Below are positions 18,760 through 28,936 of a stretch of DNA of 64,000 nucleotides, in pieces. The stretch lies in NCBI GenBank assembly GCA_002336895.1, contig DDFC01000030.1, positions 47,326 through 111,325 on the forward strand, in the 5' to 3' direction. Source of the DNA: Verrucomicrobiaceae bacterium UBA1938 (lineage in GTDB: Bacteria > Verrucomicrobiota > Verrucomicrobiia > Verrucomicrobiales > Verrucomicrobiaceae). Below the pieces are notes generated by a model. The model worked only from the letters and a program-made list of their open reading frames with translations. It had not been told where the DNA came from and did no database searches. The stretch's first letter is position 1; each line of letters opens with the position of its first letter. A program made the position numbers and the translations under genes.

Positions 18760-20397
18760 ATGAGACCCTTGCTACTCACACTCCTGTCTTCTCTCCTCGC
18801 GCTTCATTCGTCCTTCGCGGCTCCGCCCAACATCCTCTTCGTCCTCTCAGACGACCACAGCTACCCCTTCATCCACTGCTATGGCCGCGATGAGATGAAG
18901 ACGCCAAACCTCGACCGCTTTGCCGCAGAGGGCATCATGTGCCGCCGCATGTTCACCGGCGCACCACAGTGCGTGCCCTCCCGCGCCACCATCATGACCG
19001 GCCGCTCCGCCGTGGCCTGCCGCATGACGCGCTTCTCCTCGCCTCTTCCTCGCGATGAGATCACCTTTCCCGAGATCCTCAAAAAAGACGCGGGCTACTT
19101 TGTCGGCTGCTGCGGCCGCACCTATCATCTCGATGGCTCAGGCCGCAGTCCCGAGGCCTCGTCACAGGTCTTTGAGGAGCACCACCTCGTCACCTTCAAA
19201 GACCGCTTCGACTACGTGGACGCCAGCGGCCAGGAGAGCCTGCCCACTAAAATTAACGAGTTCTTTGATCAGAAGCCAAAGGACAAGCCCTGGTTCCTCT
19301 GGGTCGGTTTCAGCGATCCCCACCACGCCTGGAACACCGGCAAAAACCCGCCCGATCCCGCCAAGCTCAAAGTCCCCGGCTTTCTCCCCGACCTCCCCGG
19401 CGTGCGCAAAGACCTCTCTGCTTATGAAGGCGAGATCGAGCATTGCGACGGCGACTTCCAGCACGTGCTCGATCTCATCAAAGAGCGCGCCGGTTTGGAA
19501 AACACCCTCATCATTTTCATGGGAGACAACGGCATGGCCTTCCCCAGCGGCAAAGGCTCGCTGCACGATCCCGGGCTCAATGTTCCCCTCCTCGCATGGT
19601 GGCCCGGCGTCATCAAACCCGGTGGCGACTCCAGCGCGCTCATTTCCGGCGAGGACATCGCTCCCACCTGTCTCGAAGCCGCCGGCCTTCCCGTGCCAGA
19701 TCGCATGAGCGGCGTCAGCTTCCTCCCGCTGCTCAAAGGCACCAAGTTTGAAAAAGAGCGCCAGCACATCTTCGCCGAGCGCGGCCCCCACGGCAGCGCC
19801 ACCTTCAATGAAGGCACCACCGCCAGCGGTGTGGACTACAGCCGCTGCGTGCGCAGCGCCCGCTACAAGCTCATCTACAACGTCACCCCCAACATCCGCT
19901 ACACCCCCGTGGACAGCGGCGGTGATCCCAGCTGGAAAGACATCACCAAGGCGCACGAGGACAAGACCCTCGCCACCGAATTCGAAGACCTCTGGTTCAC
20001 CAGCCCGCGCCCTGTCTATGAACTCTACGACCTCCAGGAAGACCCCGCCGAGCTTCACAATCTCTACGGCCAGAAAGGCCTGGAGCCAGCCACCCTCGAG
20101 CTCAAGACCGCCCTGCAAAAGAAGATGATCCTCGATTACGACTACCTGCCACTCCCCATCGCTGGAGACGCCAAAGCCAAAGGCAAAGCTCAGGTCAAAA
20201 ACAACCCCAGCCGCGCCGAACAGTTCAAGCGTCTCGATACCGACCACGACGGCAAGCTCACCAAAGAAGAGTTCAGTGCCAGACGTAATGCAGAAGACGC
20301 AGCAAAGTGGTTCAAAGCCCGCGACGTGGACGGCAGCGGCACCATCGATCAGGCCGAATACACCGCCGGCACCGTGCCCAATCCGCCCAAGCGCTGA
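18760..20397 (+). CDS. Sulfatase with C-terminal EF-hand pair
   Basis: PNILFVLSDD, CVPSR, GDNG; DTDHDGKLTKEE and DVDGSGTIDQAE loops. Confidence 0.9.
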   Translation: MRPLLLTLLSSLLALHSSFAAPPNILFVLSDDHSYPFIHCYGRDEMKTPNLDRFAAEGIMCRRMFTGAPQCVPSRATIMTGRSAVACRMTRFSSPLPRDEITFPEILKKDAGYFVGCCGRTYHLDGSGRSPEASSQVFEEHHLVTFKDRFDYVDASGQESLPTKINEFFDQKPKDKPWFLWVGFSDPHHAWNTGKNPPDPAKLKVPGFLPDLPGVRKDLSAYEGEIEHCDGDFQHVLDLIKERAGLENTLIIFMGDNGMAFPSGKGSLHDPGLNVPLLAWWPGVIKPGGDSSALISGEDIAPTCLEAAGLPVPDRMSGVSFLPLLKGTKFEKERQHIFAERGPHGSATFNEGTTASGVDYSRCVRSARYKLIYNVTPNIRYTPVDSGGDPSWKDITKAHEDKTLATEFEDLWFTSPRPVYELYDLQEDPAELHNLYGQKGLEPATLELKTALQKKMILDYDYLPLPIAGDAKAKGKAQVKNNPSRAEQFKRLDTDHDGKLTKEEFSARRNAEDAAKWFKARDVDGSGTIDQAEYTAGTVPNPPKR

Positions 20398-20467
20398 AGG
20401 CTGTTCTCAACATGCCCTGCTTAATTGCAACATTGATCTTGTGGCCTATTCGTGCCACATTAGCACT

Positions 20468-20713
20468 ATGGCAGTCAAAGCAGCAATTGTCCGTGCCCGG
20501 GTTGATCAGAAGCTGAAACGCGAATCTGAAGCGATCTTGCGTAAGCTAGGCCTCAACACCACCGAGGCGATACGCATGTTCTTCACACAGGTGACATTGA
20601 AACGCGGCCTGCCTTTTGCCGTATCACTTCAGACGGAAGACACGGCGAATTCCGATCTGCTCCTGCCAAAAGCCAAGCGCAAAGCAGCCATCGACAGCCT
20701 CTATGACGACTGA
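20468..20713 (+). CDS. RelB/DinJ-family antitoxin
   Basis: ARVDQKLK..SE.IL.KLGL.TTEAIRMF..QV....GLPF ribbon-helix-helix signature. Confidence 0.85.
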   Translation: MAVKAAIVRARVDQKLKRESEAILRKLGLNTTEAIRMFFTQVTLKRGLPFAVSLQTEDTANSDLLLPKAKRKAAIDSLYDD

Positions 20714-21020
20714 ACCGGGAGAGGTGTATCAGGTGGACCTGGGCATCGCGGGCAAGCTCCGCTACTTTGTCGTCGTGTCACGACACGATGATGACCCTCC
20801 TCGTGCACTTTCACTTTGCGTCCCGATTACGACTCAAAACCGAGGTTCCAAATATGAGGTGACTCTTCCGCGTGTTCGTTTTCTGCGCGAACAAAGCTTC
20901 GCTAATGTTCAGGGCCTCCAGGCTGTACAGCATCACGAGCTTCGTGGTCCCGTAGGACGATTCAATGCGCCAACGGTGAACTCCATCAAAGATGCCCTTC
21001 GGTTCGCGCTGGAACTTTAG
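20703..21020 (+). CDS. MazF/PemK-family toxin
   Basis: GEVYQVDLG..GKLR.FVVVS, VPITT; 11-nt overlap with antitoxin. Confidence 0.82.
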   Translation: MTTEPGEVYQVDLGIAGKLRYFVVVSRHDDDPPRALSLCVPITTQNRGSKYEVTLPRVRFLREQSFANVQGLQAVQHHELRGPVGRFNAPTVNSIKDALRFALEL

Positions 21021-21063
21021 ATGCGGAAAAGCTGCCGCAGAGAGTGTTTTGGAAGAAAATTTT

Positions 21064-21573
21064 ATGGACGCCATTGAAGCCAACCAGCTCCTACAGCGGC
21101 CTCTGGAAAGCAGAGACTACAATCGGCTGGCGAAATGGCTCCGCGAGAGTCCTGAGGCAGAGCGAATAGATTTTTTTCGCCGTCATTTGCGTACGAGTCA
21201 TCCTGCCTTTTGGAAACTTGCCATGTCGTCCATTAATAGTCGCAGTGAAGCTTTCGACCTGTTTAAGCGAGGCTTGGATGACATCACTTCTGCACATTCC
21301 TCAAAGACCAAGATTTGCACCCATTTCGGAGTTGCCAAACTCGGGGCGAAAAGTGCGATTGCTGAGATTGCATCCAGGATCGATTCTCAGCCTCATGTGG
21401 TTGATATGGCGCTGTACTGGCTGCCGAGCATGATTGCAAAAGACACCCCGGCGTTCACGGTTTTGGAAATGCTCCAAATTCAGGCTGAAGACAAAAACAT
21501 CATCAAGCCTGTTAGAAGCATCGAAGGTTCCGATGGTCGCATCACATATGCAGATCGCTATGGAAGCGAATGA
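21064..21573 (+). CDS. Hypothetical protein, AT-richer than flanks
   Basis: Open frame directly after TA pair; atypical codon usage. Confidence 0.55.
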   Translation: MDAIEANQLLQRPLESRDYNRLAKWLRESPEAERIDFFRRHLRTSHPAFWKLAMSSINSRSEAFDLFKRGLDDITSAHSSKTKICTHFGVAKLGAKSAIAEIASRIDSQPHVVDMALYWLPSMIAKDTPAFTVLEMLQIQAEDKNIIKPVRSIEGSDGRITYADRYGSE

Positions 21574-21643
21574 TTAAATCCCGGGACACACTGCCACGTG
21601 TTCTTTTGAGAGAGCCGCTTCTCATACGCGTTCCTACAGCACT

Positions 21644-22339
21644 ATGCTGCGCCTCCTCCTCTTCCTCACTCTTACCCTCTCCCTCCGCGCCGATTTCATC
21701 ACCCCGGTCTTCTCCGACGACTTCTCCCGCGATGAAGCCACCCCCGGCAAGGAGGACATCGGCAATGGCTGGACCAGCAACAGCGCCTGGCGCGCCAAAG
21801 GCCATCAGCAGGTCGATCTCATCGACGGCCACATGCACGTCACCAAGCACGCCGAGGCCGACCACGGTGTCGCCATCTTCCACGCAGCCGAGTTTCAAGA
21901 CGGCATCGTGCAGCTCAAGTTCCGCCTCGGCGAAGGCGACGACCTCGGCGTCGATTTCGTCGATCGCGAGCTCAAAACCGTGCACGCCGGCCATCTCTGC
22001 ATCGCCCGTGTCACCAACAAGGCCGTCACTATCACCGACTCCAAGACCGGCGGCATGGACAATGAAATCCGCGCCCGCCGCGAGAAAGGAGACAAATCTC
22101 CCGAACTCACTGCGCTGCTCAAATCCAAAACCAAATCCTTCAAGCTCGACCTCAAGCCCGGCGAGTGGCACACCATGAACATCAAGATCGTCGCCGACCA
22201 GATGACCGTCCGCATCGACGACCTGGAAGCCGTTTCATTCAGCAGCGAAGGCATCGCGCATCCAACGAAACGCATGATCACCCTCGCCGTAAACAAATCA
22301 GCGGACGTGGATGACGTGAAGGTTTCGAAGCTGAAGTGA
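21644..22339 (+). CDS. Secreted ConA/DUF1080-like jelly-roll protein
   Basis: Signal peptide, [19 protein letters not shown]...I....D.M.V.ID. Confidence 0.65.
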   Translation: MLRLLLFLTLTLSLRADFITPVFSDDFSRDEATPGKEDIGNGWTSNSAWRAKGHQQVDLIDGHMHVTKHAEADHGVAIFHAAEFQDGIVQLKFRLGEGDDLGVDFVDRELKTVHAGHLCIARVTNKAVTITDSKTGGMDNEIRARREKGDKSPELTALLKSKTKSFKLDLKPGEWHTMNIKIVADQMTVRIDDLEAVSFSSEGIAHPTKRMITLAVNKSADVDDVKVSKLK

Positions 22340-22355
22340 GTATTTCACTCCTTCC

Positions 22356-23300
22356 ATGCGCTTCGTTTTCTTCTTTGCCCTTTTCGCCACCGCTTCTATC
22401 GCTCAACCATCGCACGAGGTCGTCCCCGGCTGGCCGCAGCTTCCGGAGGGCCACACGCTCGGCCTTTGCGCTGGTGTAGGTGTTGATGCCCAAAACCGTG
22501 TGTTCGTTTTCCATCGCAGCGGCCGCGTCTGGACCAAGCCCTTTCCCAAAGACCCCATCGCAGCGCCCACCGTCAGCGTCTTTGACGGTGCCACCGGCCG
22601 CCTCCTCAGCACGTGGGGCGTCAGCCGCTTCATCATGCCGCACGGCCTCACAGTGGATCACACAGGCAATCTCTGGCTCACCGATGTCGGCCTGCATCAG
22701 GTCTTCAAATGTTCACCCTCAGGCAAGCTGCTGCTCACGCTGGGAGAAGCAGGTGTCCCCGGAAATGATGACACCCATTTCAATCTGCCCACCGATGTAG
22801 CCGTGCTCCCAGACGGCTCCTTTTATGTGAGCGACGGCTACCAAAACACACGTGTGCTGAAATTCACCGCCACAGGCCGCTTCGAGTTTCAGTGGGGAAC
22901 CAAAGGAAAAGGACCGGGCCAATTCCACCTGCCGCACGGCATCACCCTGGACCACGAAGGCCGTGTCATCGTCTGCGACCGTGAAAACGAGCGCCTTCAG
23001 GTCTTCGACCCCAAAGGCGCCTTCCTGCACGAGTGGAAAGGCCCGCAGATCGGCAAACCCTATGGCATCGCCACCAGCCCCGACGGCCATCTCTTCGTCA
23101 TCGATGGCGGCTCTCCATCATTGAAACGCGAACAGCGCGGCAAGGCAGTGGAACTCGATACCTTCGGCAGCTACGGCAAAGAGCCCGGGCAGTTCCAGCT
23201 CGGTCACGACATCGCCGTCGGTCCAGACGGCTCGGTCTACGTCGCCGAAGGCACCGGCGCACGCGTGCAGAAGTTCGTGCGCAAAAATGCTGCCGATTGA
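22356..23300 (+). CDS. NHL-repeat beta-propeller (peptidyl-alpha-hydroxyglycine lyase-like)
   Basis: Repeated PHGL.VD / PTDVAV / PHGI.LD / HDIAV blades, SDGY.N.RV. Confidence 0.82.
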   Translation: MRFVFFFALFATASIAQPSHEVVPGWPQLPEGHTLGLCAGVGVDAQNRVFVFHRSGRVWTKPFPKDPIAAPTVSVFDGATGRLLSTWGVSRFIMPHGLTVDHTGNLWLTDVGLHQVFKCSPSGKLLLTLGEAGVPGNDDTHFNLPTDVAVLPDGSFYVSDGYQNTRVLKFTATGRFEFQWGTKGKGPGQFHLPHGITLDHEGRVIVCDRENERLQVFDPKGAFLHEWKGPQIGKPYGIATSPDGHLFVIDGGSPSLKREQRGKAVELDTFGSYGKEPGQFQLGHDIAVGPDGSVYVAEGTGARVQKFVRKNAAD

Positions 23301-23378
23301 GACCGCATAGCTCTCATGCTGCGCGCTCTGGAGGAGAGGGATCGTCCCGATCCCTCACGCACTCGCAACGTTCACCCG

Positions 23379-24305
23379 TCACCTCCCATCCTCAGCCACC
23401 GCCGTGATTCCCTTCAGGCTGTCAAAGCTCACCTTCTTCATCGTGGCGATGAATTCCCGCATGTACGCCGTCCCGGCCAGCCTGCGTGTCGTCGCGGCAT
23501 TCAGCTGCGAATACAGCCCGCTCTTCCGCACAGGCCGGTGCGCCACATAGTTCCGCTCCAGGTAGGGCTGCACCGCCCAGCCCGGCATGGCCGCGACTCC
23601 GCGCTGGCTCGCCACCAGCTGCAGGATCGCCACCGTCAGCATCGCCGTGCGCCGCACCGGGTTCACCCCCAGCGGGGCCAGCACCTCCCGCACCAGATCA
23701 ATGCGGTCATCCGGGATCGGATAGGTGATGAGCGTCTCTTTGGCAAAATCCTGCGCGGTCAGGTGGCTCTTCCGCGTCAGCGGGTGCTGATGTGCCAGCA
23801 GCGCCAGCACCTCGTAGCGAAACAGCGGATGATACACGATGTCCTCACGCGGCGGCGCTTTCGACACGATCACGAGATCCGCCTGATTCTCGATCAGCAG
23901 CCCGGTGGGGTCGGGCTGAAAGCCTGACACCAGGTCCATCTCCACCTCCGGCCACGCCACTCGAAACTCATCCATCGCCGGCATCAGCCAGTCAAAGCAC
24001 GAGTGGCACTCCACCGCGATGCGCAGCTGCCCGGCCTTCCCTTCCGCGATGCGTGCCACATCGCGCTCGCACTGCCGCATCTGCTTCACGATCTCATGTG
24101 CCGTGCCCAGCAGCCGCTCCCCCGCAGGGCTCAGCCGCAGCGGGCTGCTCTTCCGCTCAAACAACGGCACCCCGAGATGTGTCTCGATGCTCTTTACCTG
24201 ATGCGAAAGCGCAGGCTGGGAAAGGTGCAGGCGGCGGCCCGCTTTCGAGAGGTTTCCCGTTTCAGCAAGAGCGATCAGGGCGTGCAGATGGCGGATTTCG
24301 ATCAT
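23379..24305 (-). CDS. metR: LysR-family regulator MetR
   Basis: IEIRHL...LSQPALSHQ HTH, GQLRIAVECHSCFDWLMP signature; divergent from metE. Confidence 0.9.
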   Translation of the reverse strand: MIEIRHLHALIALAETGNLSKAGRRLHLSQPALSHQVKSIETHLGVPLFERKSSPLRLSPAGERLLGTAHEIVKQMRQCERDVARIAEGKAGQLRIAVECHSCFDWLMPAMDEFRVAWPEVEMDLVSGFQPDPTGLLIENQADLVIVSKAPPREDIVYHPLFRYEVLALLAHQHPLTRKSHLTAQDFAKETLITYPIPDDRIDLVREVLAPLGVNPVRRTAMLTVAILQLVASQRGVAAMPGWAVQPYLERNYVAHRPVRKSGLYSQLNAATTRRLAGTAYMREFIATMKKVSFDSLKGITAVAEDGR

Positions 24306-24390
24306 GCCGCCATCATAAACCATTTCGATGATCATCCACAAAACTATCTGGATTGTGAATGCTGATTCCGGCGATAGTTATCCCGTCGCT

Positions 24391-26745
24391 ATGAGCGACA
24401 ACATCATCCACACACACAATCTCGGCTACCCGCGCATCGGCGAGCAGCGCGAACTCAAAAAAGCCACCGAGGCCTTCTGGCACGGCAAAATCTCCCAGCA
24501 GGAGCTGGAGGCCATCGGCCGCAGGCTGCGCCGGGACCACTGGGCCAAACAAAGCGCCGCAGGCATCGACCTCATCCCGTGCAGCGACTTCTCCTTCTAC
24601 GATCAGATGCTCGATTTCTCCTGCCTCATCGGCAACGTGCCGCCGCGCTTTGGCTGGTCGGGAGACAGCATCGGGCTGGACACCCTCTTCCTCATGGCTC
24701 GCGGCTCACGTGGCGAAGGGCATGAAGCCTGCAGTCAGGGCTGCACTGGCGGGCATGAGGCGGCCTTTGCCTGCGAAATGACCAAATGGTTCGACACCAA
24801 TTACCACTATATCGTGCCCGAGTTCCGGGCAGACACACAGTTCCGTCTCGTGGGCGGCAAAGTCTTCCATGAGTTTGAAGAAGCCAAGGCCCTCGGCCTG
24901 CGCGCCAAGCCCGTGCTGCCCGGCCCCGTGACCTACCTCTCGCTTGGCAAAGTGCAGGACTCGCAGCACCCGGACTTTGACCGCTGGTCTCTGCTCGACG
25001 GCTTGGTGTCCGTCTATGAGCAGATCCTGCGCCGCCTCGCCGCACAGGGCGTAGAGTGGGTGCAGATCGACGAGCCCGTCTTCGCGCTCGACCTCTCCCC
25101 ACAGCAGCGCGATGCCGTGGTGGATGCCTGGAGCAGGCTCGCGGCTGCTGCGCCCGGTTTAAAAATCATCGTAGCCAGCTACTTCGGCGCGCTGCGGGAA
25201 AATCTGCCGCTCTTCCTCTCTCTGCCCGCACACGCCTTCCACTGCGACTTCGTGCGCGCTCCAGAGGAGCTGGACTCAGTGCTCGATCATCTGCCACAGG
25301 ACAAGATCCTCTCCCTCGGCGCGGTGGATGGCCGCAATATCTGGAAAAACGACTTCGCCAAATCCCTCACACTGCTCACCGCAGCCCGGGCAAAGCTGGG
25401 CGCACGCCGCCTCTGGGTAGCTCCCTCATGTTCTCTGCTGCACGTGCCCGTCACCCTCGCCTCCGAGCCCGCACTGGATGCACAGATCGAAAACTGGCTG
25501 GCCTTTGCAGATGAAAAGCTCAAGGAAGTCGTCACCCTCAGCGCGCTCCTGCGTGGCACCGCTCGCAGTGGTGTGCTGGAGGAAAATCAGGACGCCATCC
25601 ACAGCCGCGCCACCAGCCCCCGCACGCACAATCCAGAAGTGCGCGCACGTCTCGCACGGGTGACGGCTGACGACGCCCGCCGTCGCTCACCCTTTGCGCA
25701 GCGCCAGCTCTTGCAGCAGTCCCGGCTCGGCCTGCCCGAGTTTCCCACCACCACCATCGGCTCCTTTCCACAGACGGCCGAGGTGCGCTCCATGCGCGCC
25801 CGCTGGAAAAAAGGCGAGCTCACCACCGCCGAATACGAGGTCTATCTGGAAAACGAAACACGCGCCTGCGTCGCCTTTCAGGACGAGATCGGTCTCGACA
25901 TGCCGGTGCATGGCGAGTTCGAGCGCAATGACATGGTCGAGTACTTCGGCGAGCAGCTCGATGGCTTCCTCTTCACCGCCAATGGCTGGGTGCAGAGCTA
26001 CGGCACCCGTTGCGTCAAGCCACCCGTCATTTACGGAGACGTCAGCCGCCCCGCACCCATGACGGTGCGCTGGGCGCAGTTCGCGCAGTCACTCACGCCA
26101 CGCCCCATGAAGGGCATGCTCACCGGCCCTGTCACCATCCTGCAGTGGAGCTTTGTGCGCGATGACCAGCCCCGCTCCGAGACCACGCGCCAGATCGCCC
26201 TCGCCATCCGCGATGAAGTCGTGGACCTCGAGGCCGCAGGCATTGCCGCCATCCAGATCGACGAGCCCGCCATCCGCGAAGGCTTGCCTCTGCGCCGCGC
26301 CGACTGGGCGCACTACCTCGACTGGGCCGTCACTGCCTTCCGCCTCAGCGCCAGCGGCGTGCGGGATGATACGCAGATCCACACGCACATGTGCTACTCC
26401 GAGTTCAACGACATCATCGCCGCCATCGCAGACATGGATGCCGACGTCATCACCATCGAGACATCTCGGTCCAACATGGAGCTGCTCGGCGCCTTCGTGG
26501 ATTTCCACTATCCCAACGAGATCGGCCCCGGCGTCTATGACATCCACTCCCCGCGCGTGCCTTCTGTCAGCGAAATGGAAAACCTCATGCGCAAAGCCGA
26601 GGCCGTCATCCCCCGCCGCAATCTGTGGGTCAACCCCGACTGCGGCCTCAAGACACGCGGCTGGCCCGAAGTGAAGACCTCCCTCATCCACATGGTGCAG
26701 ACCGCCAAAAAACTGCGCGCCACACAGCCGCAACCTGCCGTGTAA
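24391..26745 (+). CDS. metE: Cobalamin-independent methionine synthase
   Basis: LGYPRIG, EMTKWFDTNYHY, TTIGSFPQT, HGEFERNDMVEYF, HTHMC, WVNPDCGLKTR. Confidence 0.96.
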   Translation: MSDNIIHTHNLGYPRIGEQRELKKATEAFWHGKISQQELEAIGRRLRRDHWAKQSAAGIDLIPCSDFSFYDQMLDFSCLIGNVPPRFGWSGDSIGLDTLFLMARGSRGEGHEACSQGCTGGHEAAFACEMTKWFDTNYHYIVPEFRADTQFRLVGGKVFHEFEEAKALGLRAKPVLPGPVTYLSLGKVQDSQHPDFDRWSLLDGLVSVYEQILRRLAAQGVEWVQIDEPVFALDLSPQQRDAVVDAWSRLAAAAPGLKIIVASYFGALRENLPLFLSLPAHAFHCDFVRAPEELDSVLDHLPQDKILSLGAVDGRNIWKNDFAKSLTLLTAARAKLGARRLWVAPSCSLLHVPVTLASEPALDAQIENWLAFADEKLKEVVTLSALLRGTARSGVLEENQDAIHSRATSPRTHNPEVRARLARVTADDARRRSPFAQRQLLQQSRLGLPEFPTTTIGSFPQTAEVRSMRARWKKGELTTAEYEVYLENETRACVAFQDEIGLDMPVHGEFERNDMVEYFGEQLDGFLFTANGWVQSYGTRCVKPPVIYGDVSRPAPMTVRWAQFAQSLTPRPMKGMLTGPVTILQWSFVRDDQPRSETTRQIALAIRDEVVDLEAAGIAAIQIDEPAIREGLPLRRADWAHYLDWAVTAFRLSASGVRDDTQIHTHMCYSEFNDIIAAIADMDADVITIETSRSNMELLGAFVDFHYPNEIGPGVYDIHSPRVPSVSEMENLMRKAEAVIPRRNLWVNPDCGLKTRGWPEVKTSLIHMVQTAKKLRATQPQPAV

Positions 26746-26751
26746 CCCGCC

Positions 26752-27642
26752 ATGCACATCCACGACATCCTCTCCGCCACTCGTGGCACCACCGCGTTCT
26801 CCTTCGAGTTCTTCCCGCCGCGCACTCCTGCGGCGGTGAAGACCCTGCAGACCACGCTCGACCAGCTCGCACCGCTGCGCCCCGCCTTTGCCAGCGTGAC
26901 GTATGGCGCGGGCGGCAGCACCCGCGAGCTCACCCAGAGCCTCGTCACCGAGCTGCGGCAGAGCGATGTCTTTGACCCCATCCCGCACCTCACCTGCGTC
27001 GGCCACAGCGAGTCAGACATCATGACTCTGCTCACCCGCTACGCCGCTGCCGGAGTCAGCAATATCCTGGCTCTGCGCGGCGACCCGCCTTCAGGTGGCA
27101 CAGACGGCAGCTCCTTTGCACACGCAGCGGATCTCGTGCGCTTCATCCGCCAGTTCAATGAACGCGGCCTGCACCCCGACCCGCGCGGCTTTGGCATCGG
27201 CGTTGCCTGTTTCCCCGAAGGCCATCCCGCCACGCCCAATCGCATGACGGAGATGGATCACCTCAAGGCCAAGATGGACGCCGGAGCCGACTGGCTCTGC
27301 ACCCAGGCATTCTTTGACAATCACGCTTTCCACGACTTCCGCGCCCGCTGCGCGCTTGCGGGCATCACCGCGCCCATCCTCGCTGGCATCCTCCCGCTCA
27401 CCACCGCCAGCGGCATGCAGCGCATGGCCGCCCTCGCCGGCGGCATGCGCTACCCTGCCCGCCTCATTCGTGCCCTCAATCGCGCAGGAGATGACCCCGA
27501 AGCCTTCCGCCGCATCGCCCTCCACCACGCCGCCGAACAATGCACCGACCTCTTGGATCAAGGTGCCGACGGCATCCACCTCTACACCCTCAATCAGGCC
27601 CAGCCCGTGCTGGAAATCCATGCACGCTTGGGCCTTCGCTGA
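26752..27642 (+). CDS. metF: Methylenetetrahydrofolate reductase
   Basis: FSFEFFPP, SVTYGAGG, PHLTC, ILALRGD, TQAFFD, HLYTLN. Confidence 0.93.
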   Translation: MHIHDILSATRGTTAFSFEFFPPRTPAAVKTLQTTLDQLAPLRPAFASVTYGAGGSTRELTQSLVTELRQSDVFDPIPHLTCVGHSESDIMTLLTRYAAAGVSNILALRGDPPSGGTDGSSFAHAADLVRFIRQFNERGLHPDPRGFGIGVACFPEGHPATPNRMTEMDHLKAKMDAGADWLCTQAFFDNHAFHDFRARCALAGITAPILAGILPLTTASGMQRMAALAGGMRYPARLIRALNRAGDDPEAFRRIALHHAAEQCTDLLDQGADGIHLYTLNQAQPVLEIHARLGLR

Positions 27643-27645
27643 GCC

Positions 27646-28869
27646 TCATACACTTTCCTCCGCTTCATTCGTTGGCACCCACGCAGGGAAGGGATCTGGC
27701 AGCGCCCGCCATTCATGAGGCCCGGCTTTCATCTCATCGTTATGCAGCAGGCAGGCATCCAGTTTCGCCGTAATGGCAGCTCGGTCCATCCTCCGCCCAA
27801 TGAACACGATTTCGCTGCGGCGGTCGCCGTAAGGTTCCTGCAAATTCGCTTCGATCTCCGCCAGCGCGTCAGCATCCGCCGGCCACTCATTGCGGCTCAC
27901 GGCGGACCAAAACAGGCCCATCGCCCGCGTTTCGCGCAGCACGCCCGCCTGGGAGAGATAGCCCGCCAGCTCCATGCGCGTGGCTAGCCAGAACATGCCC
28001 TTCGCCCGGATCACTCCCTCCCACGCGGCGCGCATGAAGACATCAAACCGCTGCGGATGAAACGGCCGCCGCGCCCGGTAGATGAAGCTGCTGATGCCAT
28101 ACTCCTCGGTCTCAGGCGTGTGCCCGTTCAGGGAGTCCAGCCAGCCCTCCGCCTGCTCGGCCTTGGCCAGCTCATACAGTCCAGTACCTAGCACCGCCTC
28201 CAGCGGCACCTCCGACCGCCGTGTCTCATGCACCTTTGCCTCGGGGTTCAGCGCACGGACGACTCCGCGTATGTCCTCCAATTCCTCCGCGCTGACTTCG
28301 TCGGTCTTGTTGATCAGGATGACGTTCGCAAACTCGATCTGGTCTGTCAGCAGATGCACGATCGTGCGCCCATCTTCCTCAGACACCGCCTGCCCGCGCT
28401 GCTGCAGGTCATCCGTGCTGTAGTAGTCGTTGAGAAAATTCCGCGCATCCACCACGGTCACCAGCGTGTCTAGCTGTGCCAGATCATTCAGGCTGCGTCC
28501 CTGCTCATCCTTGAAGGTGAAAGTCTCCGCCACCGGCATCGGCTCAGACACTCCGGTGGACTCGATCAGCAGCGCATCAAACCGGCCCTCCTGAGCCAGC
28601 CGGGTCACCTCTAGCATCAGGTCCTCCCGCAGCGTGCAGCAGATGCAGCCATTGCTCATCTCCACCATTTTCTCCTCCGTGCGCGAGAGCTGTGCATCCC
28701 CCGCCTTCACCAGTTGCGCGTCCACATTCACCTCGCTCATGTCATTCACGATCACCGCCACCCTCCGCCCCTCCCGGTTGCGCAGGATGTGGTTGAGCAG
28801 CGTGGTTTTCCCAGCGCCAAGAAAGCCGGAGAGAACCGTGACAGGGAGTTTGGAAAGGTGAGCAGACAT
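27646..28869 (-). CDS. COG0523 (CobW/YciC/ZigA-type) metallochaperone GTPase
   Basis: [22 protein letters not shown], CobW_C-type tail. Confidence 0.92.
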   Translation of the reverse strand: MSAHLSKLPVTVLSGFLGAGKTTLLNHILRNREGRRVAVIVNDMSEVNVDAQLVKAGDAQLSRTEEKMVEMSNGCICCTLREDLMLEVTRLAQEGRFDALLIESTGVSEPMPVAETFTFKDEQGRSLNDLAQLDTLVTVVDARNFLNDYYSTDDLQQRGQAVSEEDGRTIVHLLTDQIEFANVILINKTDEVSAEELEDIRGVVRALNPEAKVHETRRSEVPLEAVLGTGLYELAKAEQAEGWLDSLNGHTPETEEYGISSFIYRARRPFHPQRFDVFMRAAWEGVIRAKGMFWLATRMELAGYLSQAGVLRETRAMGLFWSAVSRNEWPADADALAEIEANLQEPYGDRRSEIVFIGRRMDRAAITAKLDACLLHNDEMKAGPHEWRALPDPFPAWVPTNEAEESV

Positions 28870-28891
28870 GCAATGGAGGCGTTTTTGATAA

Positions 28892-28936
28892 CGCAATAAA
28901 GTTGCAACAATTATGAATTACTGCAACATGATTGCA
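28892..28936. promoter_or_regulatory. Two tandem TGCAA-N5-TTGCA palindromes (Fur/Zur/Mur-type operator candidates)
   Basis: CGCAATAAAGTTGCA (28892-28906) and TGCAACATGATTGCA (28922-28936) in the AT-rich leader of the COG0523 gene. Confidence 0.6.

Noticed and set aside
24306-24390. SAM or cobalamin riboswitch, or a clear MetR box, before metE
   Set aside because: Only 85 nt of divergent intergenic space, no riboswitch core; best MetR-like match (CATAAA-N5-TCGATG) is too weak to call
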